Shown in pieces: positions 25,455 through 34,994 of a stretch of DNA of 64,000 nucleotides. A program made the position numbers and the translations under genes. The notes beneath the pieces were generated by a model, which was given only the letters and a program-made list of their open reading frames with translations, had not been told where the DNA came from and searched no databases. The stretch covers positions 5,408-69,407 of the forward strand of contig LSSG01000019.1 of assembly GCA_001595915.1 (NCBI GenBank). The letters are read 5' to 3'. This DNA is from Thermoplasmatales archaeon SG8-52-3. Lineage in GTDB: Archaea; Thermoplasmatota; E2; DHVEG-1. Each line of letters opens with the position of its first letter. Within the stretch, counting starts at the first letter, position 1.

Positions 25455-26627
25455 TTAGATAATATTGATTGTTGCTCTACCAAGAATCTTACCTCCTTCA
25501 AGATCATGAATTGCATTTTCCAACTTGTCTAATGTATAATCTTTGTTAGTTACTAGTAAGTTTAAATCAACAATTCCATCTTCTACAGCTTTTACATTTT
25601 CTTCCAACTCATTCATCGGACAAGCCCAAGTTCCATTAATTGTTAAATATTTGTCCATAATTTTTTGATTAAGAAAGTCTTGAACAGGTCTTGGAGGCCA
25701 ACCAACTTGAATAACAGTTCGGTTTTTACTAACTGTTTCAACTGCTACTGGAAAGGTATCAGCAACCCCAGAACAATCAAGCACACAGTCAACCTGGAAT
25801 TTATCTTCTGCAAAATGAGAACTAATATGTCTTGCTAGTCCAGAAATTGCTTTTGCTTTTTCTCTGCCCGAAAGGTCATTGATATTAATTTTATTTTCTT
25901 CGAAAAAGGATTTCATATTAACTGTATGAGTAGCACCTAGTTTTTTTGCAAAATCAAGCTTTTTATCAAAAATGTCGACTGCAAGGATGTTTTTTGCTTG
26001 AAAATATCTTGAAGAAAGGTTTACGGTAGGTCCACCTACACCACCAACTCCAAAAACAACTACATTTTTTCCTCTTAACCAATGAGTTTTTTGTTGAAAC
26101 AAATTTTTATAGTTTGATGAATTTTGAACTATATGCGGAGGAACAGATCTACTTTTTAAGGCATGAAATGGAGTAGATACCGCATCTGGAATTATACAGG
26201 CTTCATCAAGAGGAACGCTATCCTTTATTCTAAATGCATATTTTGAAGGAACAGCAATATATTCTGCATCCCCACCATGAACTCCATGACCAATAAATAT
26301 TGAATTTTTACATCTATTTGTCAATCCTTCTCTGCATGCAGGACAATTTTCATCTTCACAACCAGGATAAACTGGTGGAATGATTACATGGTCACCTTCT
26401 TGTAAATTTTTTGAAGATTTACCAATTTCTTCAACGATACCTGCAATTTCATGGCCTATGATTAGTGGGGGTTTGAATGGAACAAAACCGCGATATAAAG
26501 TTCTATCTGTACTACATAATCCAGTGTATTTTGACCTAATTAGAACTTCTGATTCTTTAATGACTGGATCTTTAAAATCAGTTACAATATTTAGCTCTTC
26601 TTTTCCATATAAAACCGCAGCTTTCAT
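25455..26627 (-). CDS. had: Zn-dependent MDR alcohol-dehydrogenase-family enzyme. Candidate 6-hydroxycyclohex-1-ene-1-carbonyl-CoA dehydrogenase (Had/BzdX-like).
   Basis: GLCSTDRTLYRG…PLIIGHEIAGIVEEIG…GCEDENCPACREGLTNRC is the structural-Zn Cys motif. VVVFGVGGVGG is the Rossmann motif. The specific role is inferred from context. Confidence 0.6.
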   Translation of the reverse strand: MKAAVLYGKEELNIVTDFKDPVIKESEVLIRSKYTGLCSTDRTLYRGFVPFKPPLIIGHEIAGIVEEIGKSSKNLQEGDHVIIPPVYPGCEDENCPACREGLTNRCKNSIFIGHGVHGGDAEYIAVPSKYAFRIKDSVPLDEACIIPDAVSTPFHALKSRSVPPHIVQNSSNYKNLFQQKTHWLRGKNVVVFGVGGVGGPTVNLSSRYFQAKNILAVDIFDKKLDFAKKLGATHTVNMKSFFEENKININDLSGREKAKAISGLARHISSHFAEDKFQVDCVLDCSGVADTFPVAVETVSKNRTVIQVGWPPRPVQDFLNQKIMDKYLTINGTWACPMNELEENVKAVEDGIVDLNLLVTNKDYTLDKLENAIHDLEGGKILGRATINII

Positions 26628-26761
26628 ATCTTTCCCCCGGCTTCTGTGATAAGATGAAGAGTATATAATATTATTTGTTTAAGGGAGTATTTTATTAAAA
26701 AAATTATAAATAACATTTACATTATTCAGCATAAATACTTTGAACAAGAGGGAGGTTAAAT

Positions 26762-27898
26762 ATGTCTTTAGATTGGTTGCCAAAAGATGATAAAATAAAG
26801 AACCATGATTTATGGAGTGATGAATATTTTAGTCAAGAACCACCAAGCATTATTTATAAATTAAAACCTGTTGTCGACAATGAGGGAAACAAAGTAAAGG
26901 GTTTGAATTCCGCTTGGATTATACTTAATAATCCTGATCAATACAATTCATATACAACAGATATGGTAAAGGGAGTTATTGCAGGATTTCATAAAGCATC
27001 TATGGATAGAAGTGTAGTTGCAGCAATATTTACTGCAGTTGGAGATAAGGCTTTTTGTACTGGTGGAAACACAAAAGAGTATGCTGAATATTATAGTGGT
27101 AGACCTAATGAATATGGATTATACATGGATCTTTTCAATGCTATGGTTGATTCAATTTTAAATTGTAAAAAACCAACTATATGTCGTGTAAATGGTATGC
27201 GAGTTGCTGGTGGTCAAGAAATAGGTATGGCCTGTGATATTGCAGTATCATCAGACTTAGCAATATATGGTCAAGCTGGACCACGTCATGGCTCTGCACC
27301 TGATGGTGGATCCACTGATTTTCTCCCTTGGATGCTATGTATTGAGGATGCTATGTGGAATTGTATTTCTTGTGAATTATGGTCTGCTTATAAAGCAAAA
27401 AGATTAAGTCTCATTAGCAAAGTTGTTCCTATTTTAAAACAAGATAACAAATTCATAAGAAATCCAACAGTGATAATAGATAAATACATTCAAGACGGAG
27501 AAATTGTTTATGGAGAATTTTTAAAGGGTGAAAAATTTAAAAAAGCCCGTGAAATCATAAAATCAACTCCGACTGATTTTAAACTATTAGACAAAGCTGT
27601 TGACGACATTGTATGGACTTATACAAATCTCATGCCTGGATGTCTTATGAAATCTATAGATGGAATTAGAATGAAAAAGAAGTTTTTCTGGGATCAAACA
27701 AAACTAGCAAATAGACATTGGCTTGCAGCAAATATGGCAACTGAGGCGTTTCTTGGATTCAATGCATTCAATAATAGAAAAACAACTGGAAAAGATGTAA
27801 TTGATTTTGTTAAATACAGACAACTTTTAGCAGAAGGTCATCCATTTGATGATAAACTAAAAGAAGCAGTATTACCAAAACCATTGAAAAAATCCTAA
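26762..27898 (+). CDS. oah: 6-oxocyclohex-1-ene-1-carbonyl-CoA hydrolase (Oah/BamA/BzdY-like ring-cleaving crotonase)
   Basis: This is a 378-aa enlarged crotonase. YNSYTTDMVKGVIAGFHKAS…GDKAFCTGGNTKEYAEYYSGRPNEY…ICRVNGMRVAGGQEIGMACDIAVSSDLAIYGQAGPRHGSAPDGGSTDFLP closely matches my recollection of BamA/Oah sequences. Confidence 0.8.
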   Translation: MSLDWLPKDDKIKNHDLWSDEYFSQEPPSIIYKLKPVVDNEGNKVKGLNSAWIILNNPDQYNSYTTDMVKGVIAGFHKASMDRSVVAAIFTAVGDKAFCTGGNTKEYAEYYSGRPNEYGLYMDLFNAMVDSILNCKKPTICRVNGMRVAGGQEIGMACDIAVSSDLAIYGQAGPRHGSAPDGGSTDFLPWMLCIEDAMWNCISCELWSAYKAKRLSLISKVVPILKQDNKFIRNPTVIIDKYIQDGEIVYGEFLKGEKFKKAREIIKSTPTDFKLLDKAVDDIVWTYTNLMPGCLMKSIDGIRMKKKFFWDQTKLANRHWLAANMATEAFLGFNAFNNRKTTGKDVIDFVKYRQLLAEGHPFDDKLKEAVLPKPLKKS

Positions 27899-27901
27899 AT
27901 A

Positions 27902-28321
27902 TTATTGTTTTTCTATTGTATAATAGAGTTTAATTTCAGGTATTTCTTCAAACATCCGAGGTACAACTTTTACCTTCATATTAATCTTGAGATCATTTTC
28001 TGGAATATCTCCAATCCAAGATATCAAGCGCCCACCTTCTTCAAGGTCAACAACTCCCAAAGTATAGGGTGCAATATCTTCAAAACCTTTTGGTGCTGCA
28101 TAAATTTTTGTAAAACTATGAAGTTTACCCCTACCTGAAAATTCAATCCATTGAAAAGTATCACTCATACATTTTAGACAATCTGCACGGGGTGGAAAAT
28201 ACAATTCACCACATATCTTACATTTTGTTCCCATTAGTTTTCCCTTTTGAAGATAATCTGAAAATTTATCCACCTTAGTATACGGTGTAAAATTTATTTT
28301 TCCAAAGTATTTGAAGGGCAT
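27902..28321 (-). CDS. DUF35 Zn-ribbon/OB-fold acyl-CoA-associated protein
   Basis: LMGTKCKICGELYFPPRADCLKCMS (CxxC…CxxC), then an OB-fold region. It lies immediately downstream of an SCP-x-type thiolase. Confidence 0.8.
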   Translation of the reverse strand: MPFKYFGKINFTPYTKVDKFSDYLQKGKLMGTKCKICGELYFPPRADCLKCMSDTFQWIEFSGRGKLHSFTKIYAAPKGFEDIAPYTLGVVDLEEGGRLISWIGDIPENDLKINMKVKVVPRMFEEIPEIKLYYTIEKQ

Positions 28322-28325
28322 AATT

Positions 28326-29477
28326 TCACCTTTTTAGAATATTTACAAAGGTATATTGTCCAATTCCACCAACATTATGTGTAAGACCAATTTCTGCACC
28401 AGAAACTTGTCTTTTTCCTGCCTCCCCTCTTAATTGTTTTACGATTTCAGTAGTCATTGAAACACCTGTTGCACCAACAGGGTGACCCTTAGCTTTCAAA
28501 CCTCCATCTACATTTACTGGGGTTTGACCACCAATGTATGATTGTTTTTCTTCAATGAACTTTCCACCTTTACCTTTATCACAGAAACCAAGATTTTCAT
28601 ATGCCATGATTTCTGCTATTGTAAAACAATCATGAACATCTGCTACAGATATATCAGATGGTTTTACTTTAGCTTGTGAATATGCTTGTTTTGCTGCTTC
28701 TATTGCACTTGGAATTTCAACAAGATTAGGTCTTCTAAGTAGAGACATTTGTGCAGAAGCAGAACCTAATCCCTCAAACCAAATCGGTGTGTCATTGAAT
28801 TTCTTTGCTAGTTTTTCATTTGTTAAAATAACACAAGCCGCACCATCGGCATTAGCACAACAATCAAAGACATTAACAGGAGATGCAACATCATCTGAAC
28901 CAAGTACTCTTTCCTTTGTAACTTCCTTTTGAAAAAATGCATATGGGTTCATTGCACCATAAAAGTGGTTTTTCACAGCAACAAGAGCCATTTGTTCCTT
29001 TGTTGTGCCAAACTCATACATGTGCCTTTTTGCATATAATGCATAATAACCAGGAAATGTAGTTCCAAAAATTGATTCCCATTGAACGTCTCCCACTCTA
29101 CCCATTAAAGCTAAAATTTCCTCTGTAGATAATTCCCTCATTTTTTGCACTCCGATTACTGCAACGATATCATGCATTCCTGATTTAATTGACATATAGG
29201 CTGTTCTAATAGCAGCACTTCCAGATGCACAGGCTGCTTCAGTAAGCCAAGTTGATTTTGGATTCATTCCAACATATTCTGCTACCACTCCAGGTAACGA
29301 ACGCTGCATATGATATTCAGGAACTGATCCAACGATTAATGCATCGATATCTTCTCTTCTAAGATTATTTGCATTTTCTATTGCTTCTTTAAAGGGTTCA
29401 AAAGCTAATTCCTGAACAGTTGCATCACTACGATTTCCAAATTTTCCATGACCTATACCAATAATTCCTACTTTCAA
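28326..29477 (-). CDS. SCP-x/archaeal-type thiolase (DUF35 partner)
   Basis: LTEAACASGSAAIRTAYMSIKSG…DVHDCFTIAEIMAYENLGF…VNVDGGLKAKGHPVGATG. Confidence 0.85.
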   Translation of the reverse strand: MKVGIIGIGHGKFGNRSDATVQELAFEPFKEAIENANNLRREDIDALIVGSVPEYHMQRSLPGVVAEYVGMNPKSTWLTEAACASGSAAIRTAYMSIKSGMHDIVAVIGVQKMRELSTEEILALMGRVGDVQWESIFGTTFPGYYALYAKRHMYEFGTTKEQMALVAVKNHFYGAMNPYAFFQKEVTKERVLGSDDVASPVNVFDCCANADGAACVILTNEKLAKKFNDTPIWFEGLGSASAQMSLLRRPNLVEIPSAIEAAKQAYSQAKVKPSDISVADVHDCFTIAEIMAYENLGFCDKGKGGKFIEEKQSYIGGQTPVNVDGGLKAKGHPVGATGVSMTTEIVKQLRGEAGKRQVSGAEIGLTHNVGGIGQYTFVNILKR

Positions 29478-29492
29478 TATTTCACCAACTAT

Positions 29493-30236
29493 CTAAATGT
29501 ATTGACCACCATCAACCTTAATTACCTCACCTGTTATGTGTCTTGATTTTTCACCACATAAAAAAAGAACTACATTTGCAACGTCTTCTGTAGATGCAAT
29601 CCGGCCCAAAACAGTTTCATCTACTGCCTTTTGAAGAAATTCAGTAGGAATATTTTTTGCCATTTCAGTCATAACCATTCCTGGTGCAACTGCATTTACA
29701 TTAACATTGAATTTACCAAGCTCTTTGGCAAGAGCTTTAGTAAGTGATATTATACCGCCTTTTGAAGCTGAGTAATTGCACTGTCCAAATTTTCCTCTTA
29801 GACCATTGATTGATGTGATATTTACAATTTTTCCAGATCTTTTGTCCTTGAAATATGAAGCTGCTAATTTATTATAAATAAAATAACCCTTAAGATTAAC
29901 GTTAATAACATTATCCCAATCATTTTCACTCATTTTCCAAATTACTCGGTCAATATTTATTCCAGCATTGCAGACAAGGATATCGAGTCCTCCAAACTCC
30001 TCAATTACTTTTTTAAACATTCCTTCTGCATGACTATAATTAGTCACATCTGCCTTAATAATAAGACAAGTCTTCCCAAACTTTTCAATTTTTTTAGCAA
30101 CTTCTTTTGCCTCAGTATCATGTTTACGATAATTAATCGCTACATTAGCACCTTGCCGAGCTAGTTCAACTGCGATGGTTGCACCAATTCCAATGCTTCC
30201 ACCAGTAATAATTGCAGATTTTCCTTCAAACTCCAT
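29493..30236 (-). CDS. Short-chain dehydrogenase/reductase (FabG-like 3-oxo/3-hydroxyacyl reductase)
   Basis: AIITGGSIGIGATIA…NAGI…YSASKGGIISLTKALAKE. ATG at 30236 follows GGAGGAG. The track's 30290 start adds 18 aa with no RBS. Confidence 0.85.
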   Translation of the reverse strand: MEFEGKSAIITGGSIGIGATIAVELARQGANVAINYRKHDTEAKEVAKKIEKFGKTCLIIKADVTNYSHAEGMFKKVIEEFGGLDILVCNAGINIDRVIWKMSENDWDNVINVNLKGYFIYNKLAASYFKDKRSGKIVNITSINGLRGKFGQCNYSASKGGIISLTKALAKELGKFNVNVNAVAPGMVMTEMAKNIPTEFLQKAVDETVLGRIASTEDVANVVLFLCGEKSRHITGEVIKVDGGQYI

Positions 30237-30445
30237 TTTTGCTCCTCCATTGTAAGAATATATAACAAATGAATTTTGATAGTATGCCAAACTATTATTT
30301 TATTTTTTGGTGAAATAAGTTTTTTATATATTCTTATTAAATAATTATAAATTAATTTATTTGACTATTAAATAAAATTATTTTAGAATTTTTGAAGTAT
30401 AAAAAAAGTTATTTATTGGATTTTAACCTCAATTATATTTTTAAC

Positions 30446-30459
30446 CAAACATTTAAATT
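30446..30459 (+). promoter_or_regulatory. Archaeal-type BRE/TATA promoter (CAAAC-A-TTTAAATT) for the gene at 30505
   Basis: The TATA lies about 50 nt upstream of the ATG. GGGAGG SD is at 30498-30503. It shares the AAACATTTAAAT 12-mer with 13823-13834. Confidence 0.5.
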
Positions 30460-30504
30460 AAAAATACCAATTAGGGCTTTACTATACCTGTGTTTTAGGG
30501 AGGC

Positions 30505-31785
30505 ATGAAAAAAACGAAGAAAATATTTATCCATACACATTCATGTAAGTTAAGATATCTTGATGCAACTAGAATATCAAAATATTTTTCTCGAAATAAT
30601 TATAAAATTGTTAATAAACCAAAAGACGCAGATATAATTTTTTTCTTAACTTGTGGGGCATTTGACCATCTTGCAGATGAATCATTACGTATGGTTAAGG
30701 AGTTTCAAAAATATGATGCAGAACTAATTGTTGGTGGTTGCCTACCAGAAATTGAGAAAGAAAAGCTAGGTTCTATTTTTAATGGTAGAATAATTAATAC
30801 AAAAGACTTAGATAAAAACCCTGATAAGATGGATGAACTTTTCCCAGATAATATTGTAAAATTTAGAAATATTGATGATGCAAATGTTTCTTATGCTAAC
30901 TTAAATGAAGGAAATTTTATAGGGGCTTTAAAGCATTTTATTGGAAAAATTGGTTGGTTGGAAAAATTCTTTATTACTATTCAAACCCAAATTTTTAAAT
31001 GTGTTTATGGTAAACATTCTTTTTTCTATAATATTTTGTTAGATGAACCGATGTTTAGAATGAGAATTTCTTGGGGATGTAATAGTAATTGTTCTTATTG
31101 TGGAATAAAAATGGCAATTGGGCCTCATAAAAGCAAACCTATTGAAAAAGTTTTACAGGAATTTAATTCAGGTCTTAAAGAAGGTCAAAAGCATTTTATG
31201 ATGAATGCAGATGATATCGGTGCATATGGGACTGATATTGGCTCTAGTTTTGCAGAATTGTTAGATAAAATGACAAAAATCCCTGGTGATTATTTCATTT
31301 CAATAGCAAATCTAAGTCCACGATGGGTCATTAAATACATTGATTATCTTGAAGAGATAATGAAACGAGAAAAGATTATAAGAATAGGAGTTCCAGTACA
31401 ATCTGGTAGTAATCGGATTTTAAAACTTATGAATCGTTTCAATGATAAAGATAAGATAAAGGATTCTTTATTAAGATTGAAAAAGGTTTTTCCAAAGCTT
31501 TCCATTCATACTCATATTATAGTAGGATTTCCAACTGAAACTGAAGATGAATTTAAACAAACCTTAGCGTTTATTAAGGATTGTAAATTTAGTGCTGGTC
31601 AATTAATGCCTTTTTCATCCAAATCTGGTTCTGATGCTGCAAGTTTAGAACCAAAAATTCCTATGGATGAAATTAACAAAAGGCTGTTATATGCTAGAGA
31701 TTTCTTTAGAAAAGAAGGATACAGTGTAAATTATAAATCAAGAGGTAGAACCTTTTTATTTGATAAACTTGATTACCAATTATAA
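30505..31785 (+). CDS. MiaB/RimO-like radical SAM methylthiotransferase-family protein
   Basis: The UPF0004-type N-domain has three Cys (HTHSCKLRY…FLTCGAF…GGCLPE). The radical SAM motif is WGCNSNCSYCGI. Confidence 0.75.
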   Translation: MKKTKKIFIHTHSCKLRYLDATRISKYFSRNNYKIVNKPKDADIIFFLTCGAFDHLADESLRMVKEFQKYDAELIVGGCLPEIEKEKLGSIFNGRIINTKDLDKNPDKMDELFPDNIVKFRNIDDANVSYANLNEGNFIGALKHFIGKIGWLEKFFITIQTQIFKCVYGKHSFFYNILLDEPMFRMRISWGCNSNCSYCGIKMAIGPHKSKPIEKVLQEFNSGLKEGQKHFMMNADDIGAYGTDIGSSFAELLDKMTKIPGDYFISIANLSPRWVIKYIDYLEEIMKREKIIRIGVPVQSGSNRILKLMNRFNDKDKIKDSLLRLKKVFPKLSIHTHIIVGFPTETEDEFKQTLAFIKDCKFSAGQLMPFSSKSGSDAASLEPKIPMDEINKRLLYARDFFRKEGYSVNYKSRGRTFLFDKLDYQL

Positions 31786-31836
31786 TTAAATTTTTATTCT
31801 ATTATCTATTAAAAGAGAATAAACAAAAATATTTAT

Positions 31837-31869
31837 ATATAGCTTTAATATAGCTATAATATAGCTATG
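31837..31869 (+). repeat. Three tandem 11-nt units (ATATAGCTTTA / ATATAGCTATA / ATATAGCTATG), a candidate operator/promoter array
   Basis: Read directly. The core ATATAGCT recurs with exact 11-bp phasing at 31837, 31848 and 31859. The array ends 8 nt before the ATG at 31878. Confidence 0.6.
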
Positions 31870-31877
31870 GGGTTTTT

Positions 31878-32015
31878 ATGGTAAGTCCATCAAAATTTGA
31901 GGTATATGGTCAAGAAATGCTTGAAAAAATTGTAAAAAAATGCGGTAATAGCGGTCGAATTTATCTTCCACCAGATTGGGTCGATAAAAAAGTCAAGATT
32001 ATCAGGATTGATTGA
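31878..32015 (+). CDS. Tiny AbrB/SpoVT-like (DUF2080-like) DNA-binding protein, 45 aa. It is below the ORF-track cutoff.
   Basis: MVSPSKFEVYGQEMLEKIVKKCGNSGRIYLPPDWVDKKVKIIRID. The GNSxxxYLPxxWxxKKVKI pattern is typical of swapped-hairpin AbrB-type domains. The stop at 32013-32015 abuts or overlaps the possible GNAT starts. Confidence 0.55.
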   Translation: MVSPSKFEVYGQEMLEKIVKKCGNSGRIYLPPDWVDKKVKIIRID

Positions 32016-32026
32016 GGATGATAAAA

Positions 32027-32476
32027 ATGACAGAAATTACTGTAAGACCAATGAATGTAAAAGATATTACTCAGGCAGTAAATATTCATAAGAGAGTTAT
32101 AAGGGAAGGACTTAGTCAAGATTTAGATTATGAAATTACTGAACTTTTTGTTTCTTTTATCAAAAAAACACCTAAAACTTGCTTGGTTGCGGAAATCAAT
32201 AACAATGTAGCAGGTTTTATTATTGGTGTTATAAAAGAGTGGGGATTTGGTGTAGAACGCTCTGGATGGATTGAGATGATAGAAGTTGATCCTAAGATTA
32301 TGGGTAAAGGTGTAGGAAAATCACTAGGTGAAGCTTTGATAAAATATTTTACAGACGAGGGGATTAAAGAAGTTTATACTTCAGTAAAATGGGATAGTGG
32401 AGATTTAATAGCTTTTTTTAAATCTATAGGATTTGATAAGAGCAATTTTATCAATTTAGAATATAAATCAGATTAA
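32027..32476 (+). CDS. GNAT-family acetyltransferase
   Basis: IEMIEVDPKIMGKGVGKSLGEALIKYF…FFKSIGF. Alternative starts are TTG 32012 and ATG 32018. ATG 32027 is best spaced from GAGG (32014-32017). Confidence 0.8.
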   Translation: MTEITVRPMNVKDITQAVNIHKRVIREGLSQDLDYEITELFVSFIKKTPKTCLVAEINNNVAGFIIGVIKEWGFGVERSGWIEMIEVDPKIMGKGVGKSLGEALIKYFTDEGIKEVYTSVKWDSGDLIAFFKSIGFDKSNFINLEYKSD

Positions 32477-32504
32477 ATTTAAAATTAAAAAGGGAGTGAT
32501 ATAA

Positions 32505-33629
32505 TTGATTGAACAATTCAAGCAAATTGAAAAAAATCGACATGATTATGCTAAAGATTGGAAAAAAAAGAAAGATGGAAAGGTATTAGGTTACTTTTGT
32601 ACCTATGTACCTGAAGAGATTTTATATGCTGCTGGAGTGCTACCTGTACGTATTTTAGGTAGTCACGAACCTCAAGATGTAACTGAACCCCACATTTTTG
32701 GTATGTTCTGTCCTTTTTGTAGAGATTGTCTTGCTCAAGGGCTAAAAAACAGATATAAATATCTTGATGGTTTAATGATAGCTCAATCTTGTCTCCATAT
32801 TAGACAGGCTTATACAAGTTGGATTAAGCATAGACCTGTAGATTTTAGTAAATTTCTTTGTATGCCTCATAAGGTACAGAGCCCACATGCATATGAATTC
32901 TTGACTGAAGAATATAAAGTTTTTAAAAAGGAATTGGAGAATTGGACAGGCAATAAAATTACAGACAACGATTTAGACAAAGCTATTGAAGTTTATAATG
33001 AAAATCGCCGTCTTATGAGGAAATTATATGATCTAAGGAAGCGTGATAAACCACCTTTAACAGGTGAACAAGTTATGGAAGTTGTTATGGCAATGCAGAT
33101 GACTGATAAAGCTGAGCATAATAAGATGTTGAAGGAACTTTTAAAAAAAATAGAGAATTATATCCCAGATAGAGAAACAGGTAGTCGATTGATGATACTT
33201 GGTTCTGAGGATGATGACACTGTTTTTATGAATATGGTAGAAGAATCTGGTGCTACCTTTGTGATAGATGATCATTGTACGGGATCAAGATATTTTTGGA
33301 ATGAGGTAGAAGATGGTAAAGATCCATTATCATCAATAGCAGCAAGATATGTAAATAGGATTCCCTGTCCTTCTAAGGATTGGGAAGAACGAAAAAGAAT
33401 TCCTCATATTTTGAACCTTTGTAAAGATTGGAAAGTTGATGGAGTTATAATAATGCAGCAGAAGTTCTGTGATCCGCATGAACTTGATTTTGTAGCAATA
33501 AAGAAAGCATTAGAGGATGCTGGTATACCAACATTATTCTTAGAGTTTGATGTAACTGTGCCAATTGGACAGTTTAAGATTCGTGTTGAAGCATTTCTTG
33601 AAATGATTGGTGAGGAGGATTTATTCTAG
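32505..33629 (+). CDS. bzdN: Benzoyl-CoA reductase class I, gamma-type subunit (BzdN/BcrC-like; HgdB-type fold)
   Basis: [28 protein letters not shown]…[11 protein letters not shown]…[17 protein letters not shown]. It is the first of four tightly linked genes. Confidence 0.7.
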   Translation: MIEQFKQIEKNRHDYAKDWKKKKDGKVLGYFCTYVPEEILYAAGVLPVRILGSHEPQDVTEPHIFGMFCPFCRDCLAQGLKNRYKYLDGLMIAQSCLHIRQAYTSWIKHRPVDFSKFLCMPHKVQSPHAYEFLTEEYKVFKKELENWTGNKITDNDLDKAIEVYNENRRLMRKLYDLRKRDKPPLTGEQVMEVVMAMQMTDKAEHNKMLKELLKKIENYIPDRETGSRLMILGSEDDDTVFMNMVEESGATFVIDDHCTGSRYFWNEVEDGKDPLSSIAARYVNRIPCPSKDWEERKRIPHILNLCKDWKVDGVIIMQQKFCDPHELDFVAIKKALEDAGIPTLFLEFDVTVPIGQFKIRVEAFLEMIGEEDLF

Positions 33630-33640
33630 GAGGAAAAAAT

Positions 33641-34981
33641 ATGGAACAAGAAGCAATATATCCAACTGAGAAATTGAAATGCTGGAAGAAGGTAAAAGAT
33701 ATTCGAATGAAGTTTTATCAGGATTATGCAGAAGCACATGATAAGGGTGGTCTTCGTTGGGCTGGTGGAGCTTGGACTTTTGATGCGATTCCAGCGGGTT
33801 TAGGAGAAGATGTTTATCCAATAACTAGTGAACCATATAGTGCAACAATTGCTTTTGATAAGGAGCTCTCACTAGAATGTATGGAGGCAACAGAAGTAAA
33901 AGGTTATCCTCGAGATTTATGTTCTTATATGAGAAATTACTGGGGTTCAATTATAACCGATAAATTTGCATTTGGATACAAAGATGGGGAGTTTGTCCCT
34001 AGATTCCAAGGTGCAAAACCTATAGGATTTCCAAAACCAGATTTCATCTGGCAGGATCATATTTGTTGTTCACATGCCAAATGGTATCAGGTCGTATCAG
34101 ATCTTGAAGGTGGAATTCCTATGTTTACGGTTGATAATGCTGTTGGACCTTCTAATGAACTTACAGATAGTAAAATAAAATATGTTGTAGAACAATTGAA
34201 AGATGGAATAAAGTTTTTGGAAAAAACAACTGGTAGGGATTATGATGATGAACTGATGTTCAAGGCAATTAAGAATCATTTTGTTTCAACTTCTAAATGG
34301 GCAGAGTCGTGTGCATTAAATAAAGCCATACCTGCTCCACTAGATGAAAAAACTATTTATTCACTTTATGTTCTTGGAACTCTTCAAAAAGCTGGTAAGC
34401 AGGTTGCAGATTTTTATGAAAAAGACCTTCTTCCAGAAGTAAAAGATCGGGTCAAAAGAGGAATTGCTGCGGTTCCTAATGAACGTGTACGTGTGATGTC
34501 TGATACTCAACCTCCATGGAGTTTTTTAAGTATATTTAGATATTTAGAAAAATTTGGATGTGTCAGTGTTGGTTCATTATACACTTTTGGTTTGATTGGC
34601 CAATGGGAGGTAAAAAAAGATGGAACCTGGGGTGCCAAAAAAATTCCAGATGTTGAATTTACAAGCAGAGATCAGGCACTCTATGAATATGTTAAATATG
34701 AATTACATAAACCTGAATGGCAGCATTTCTATTCATGTCATCTGAAGAGTGATATGATGATTCGAATAGCAAAAGAATGGAAACTTAATGGAGTAATGCT
34801 TCATTACAACAGAGGTTGTGAGGGACTTACTGTTGGAATTGCTGAAAATAGACTAGCTTTACTTGATGCTGGATTTCCAGTAATGGCATTTGAAGGAAAT
34901 AATGCAGATGAAAGAGAGTTTGATGAGGCTAGAACTAAGGCAAAAATTAATGCATTTATGGAGACGCTTGGAGTAAAATGA
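33641..34981 (+). CDS. bzdO: Benzoyl-CoA reductase class I, beta-type subunit (BzdO/BcrB-like; HgdA-type fold)
   Basis: It is 446 aa. [38 protein letters not shown]…[12 protein letters not shown]…[22 protein letters not shown] lies upstream. Confidence 0.7.
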   Translation: MEQEAIYPTEKLKCWKKVKDIRMKFYQDYAEAHDKGGLRWAGGAWTFDAIPAGLGEDVYPITSEPYSATIAFDKELSLECMEATEVKGYPRDLCSYMRNYWGSIITDKFAFGYKDGEFVPRFQGAKPIGFPKPDFIWQDHICCSHAKWYQVVSDLEGGIPMFTVDNAVGPSNELTDSKIKYVVEQLKDGIKFLEKTTGRDYDDELMFKAIKNHFVSTSKWAESCALNKAIPAPLDEKTIYSLYVLGTLQKAGKQVADFYEKDLLPEVKDRVKRGIAAVPNERVRVMSDTQPPWSFLSIFRYLEKFGCVSVGSLYTFGLIGQWEVKKDGTWGAKKIPDVEFTSRDQALYEYVKYELHKPEWQHFYSCHLKSDMMIRIAKEWKLNGVMLHYNRGCEGLTVGIAENRLALLDAGFPVMAFEGNNADEREFDEARTKAKINAFMETLGVK

Positions 34982-34994
34982 GGAGGCATTTAAT

